NCBI GenBank assembly: GCA_017654855.1
Contig: CM030336.1
Coordinates: 1,302,001-1,366,000, forward strand
Reading direction: 5' to 3'
Source of the DNA: Podospora anserina
Taxonomy: Eukaryota
DNA: 64,000 nucleotides
This document shows positions 61,718-64,000 of the stretch, one piece after another (the first letter of the stretch is position 1; every line of letters begins with the position of its first letter). The notes below the pieces were generated by a model, which was not told where the DNA came from, made no database searches, and saw only the letters and a program-made list of their open reading frames with translations. Both the position numbers and the translations under genes were made by a program.

Positions 61718-63291
61718 GGGGCAATGTGGAGCCCGCTGCCCCATGCCTGTATCATATATCTATCTATGCCCATTCACCTTCTTGACAAGGTTCAAATAGG
61801 CCCGTGGCTTTGAGTTTATATCTTGCTCACATCCCCCAAGCTCCCATCCACAAAGGTTACTTGAGCACTACAGCGGTGCCCGCAACAATACTTCCACCTT
61901 TAGCCATTTGTCCTGTGCGGAGACCCTTGCTGATATTGGCCTTGAGGCCGGCAATCGCCTAGTGGCCCCTAGCGTCACCTCCAAACCCCCTTTCCACCCC
62001 AAAGGTTGCCCTCCTCGTCAATCTCACCGCCATGGCCCCTGCCTCAACCTATCCCTCTTTTTTTGGCGACGGCCGTTGCCCCCATCGCAAACCCGCCGTT
62101 GGTTACTGCCACGCTCGAGTCTTATCGAAACTCGAGAGGCCCGGGCTTTCCCGTCTTACCGTGGCGGAAGACATACGCGAGAGTCTGGCTGAGGTTGGTG
62201 ATCACCTTGCCCTCAAACCAGACTGTCACCTCACCGGTCACCGGTTACGTGTCTGCTGCAAGCCTGGCTTTGATCTCTTTGAGAGTGCTGTCATCGCGTA
62301 TGTCTTCGTATTCACCCTCGCCCACACCCTCCTTGGAGTTCTTCTTTACTGCATACATTGCGGTGGTCAGCAAGACATAGAAATAAGCTGAAGGGCTGAC
62401 AGGGATGAGGCATCACATACCGGGACGGTATCTGTACACCACTGTGATCTTGGTGAAGCGAGGCATCTTTGCTGATGTTTTGTTGGTTGTGCGCTTTGGT
62501 TCTAGACTTGTGGACGGTTGTTGTTAGATCCAGAAAGCTGGTTCTTGATGCTCCTGTTCTACCAAAGTGGTCGTGGAAGAGTTACGGAGATGCACACGGA
62601 GCTGGGGCACGTGCTGGAGATGCGCGCGGCGGGGATGCCCGGGTCTCGGTCGGACAAAAACCACAAGGAGGCGTGAACACAGGCCAAGACCACCCCCCCG
62701 CGCACCAAGACAACCAACGCGACAACTAATGCAGCCCTGGAGATCCAAAAAACATCGACATAGAGAAGCAACTGGAAGGAATCGGTCAACTGGGACTGAA
62801 AGGAGGAGACGCCCGGGGCGGAGATGCCCGTGGCGACAATCACGCTCAGGGAGGAAACGCCTATGGCGGAGACGCAGTTGGACATCGACTAGCTTAGGCA
62901 ATGCGTGGAGAACTACCTACACCAAACCACGAGGCTACATCATGCCTGCGACTCGAACCACAAATTCTCTTTGGCTGTGTTCTGGTCAGAGACTGCCTGC
63001 CCTAGATGGTAGAGAAAAGTCGGGCACCGCACAAAGCAGAGGCGAGGGGTCGGGCAATTAGATTGAGTATTGTTTTCGTGTTTGACGGAGTAGTCGTTGT
63101 GGGGATGGAGAGTGGAGAGCCTTGAGTGTCTTCTCTGACCAAATGGTACCATTGCACTCAGATTCCAACAGCCTTTCACATGACTTCAGGCTCCTTTCTC
63201 AATTTTCATGATCATTGGGGTGGGTTTCTGTCCCTACCTCTGAGTACCTACGGTACCTAGGTACGTGGTTGACAGGTAAGTCTACCTTGGC

Positions 63292-63729
63292 ATGACAGTT
63301 GCGATGGCAGACAAGCTGGCCGCCCAACTAAAGGCTTTGGGTACTTTCGATAGTGACTCTGGCATAGTTCTCTTACGCTCGGAGAAGCAGCAAGAGATAA
63401 AAGAATATGCAACAATCCTGTGGTTCTCAAGATCCCAAGAGTTTTGGAAACAGCAAACTTATCACGAGTTGGTTGGACAGTTAGCCGATCTATATGCACT
63501 CTCTCAAGTCTTCAGAAATAATGGCCCCTTCCTTACGCGCATCCCAGCCGCCCCAGCCGCCACAGCCGCCTCCTCCAGGAGGGCAACAGTCCTTACCACA
63601 GCTGCCCAAGCGGCCAGAGACGGCAGGCTCAAGAAGTATGAAGCCACTGGAGAGTATGGAGCTGACATGGCCCGACGACTGCGTTTTGATGGGACCCGAC
63701 GCTGGATTCGAGTCCTTTCTTCAAGATGA
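63292..63729 (+). CDS. Hypothetical protein or gene remnant
   Basis: 145-aa ATG ORF with protein-like composition. No motif recognised. Confidence 0.3.
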   Translation: MTVAMADKLAAQLKALGTFDSDSGIVLLRSEKQQEIKEYATILWFSRSQEFWKQQTYHELVGQLADLYALSQVFRNNGPFLTRIPAAPAATAASSRRATVLTTAAQAARDGRLKKYEATGEYGADMARRLRFDGTRRWIRVLSSR

Positions 63730-64000
63730 CTTGTTGGGAGGCAACTACCCCTGGGCCAACGTCCCGGTGAGCTCCAGTCAGGTCCCGATTCTGGAGGAAC
63801 AACCTGGCGGTTATGGCGTGCCGAGGCGCCTCTTTTTCCGGCCTCAAGTGACCATCAAGGTCTATAGCACTGATGACTCGAGCATGAGCGCAAGTGTAAG
63901 TGGCAGTGTATCGGTCGCCAAAGCAACGGGGAGGGATCGGGGAAAGGTTCAGGCTCGGGGAAAGGTTCGGGTCTTGGGGCCGGAGTTGGTTCAGGCAAAG

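Noticed and set aside
62400..64000. Interrupted ORF fragments and an 18-bp PEPEPF-type repeat at the right edge
   Set aside because: Multiple stops and truncation by the window edge; cannot be assigned.
1..64000. CRISPR arrays, rRNA, autonomous transposase/RT, Starship captain
   Set aside because: None of the diagnostic sequences were seen.

Overview
This is eukaryotic DNA from a filamentous ascomycete: genes carry short GT..AG introns with CTAAC/CTGAC branch sites. Gene content and style suggest Sordariales, Podospora-like, but that is inference. The left-centre (about 7-36 kb) is intact, gene-dense sequence. It holds a putative lipid-oxidation group (long-chain alcohol oxidase with PTS1, Baeyer-Villiger monooxygenase, SDR, esterase, adjacent Zn2Cys6 factor), then AMSH, prefoldin-6, VPS4, NOP56, a C2H2 protein, a PIF1-type helicase and a DUF1996 protein. 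The far left (1.6-6.6 kb) and the right half (37-64 kb) look accessory. Intact genes there are a P450nor (CYP55) with two in-frame starts, a small secreted protein, a HET-domain-like ORF with its signature motifs rewritten, a PTH11-like protein, tRNA-Val(AAC) and a membrane-anchored lectin-like propeller. Decaying genes there are a fructosamine kinase, a DUF7924-like gene, a nitrilase, an APH kinase and a tandem orphan pair. Two related non-autonomous hAT-type elements with perfect TIRs and 8-bp TSDs are present, one inside the nitrilase. All family calls come from motif recognition by eye; no database searches were run, and I cannot establish that anything here is undescribed.
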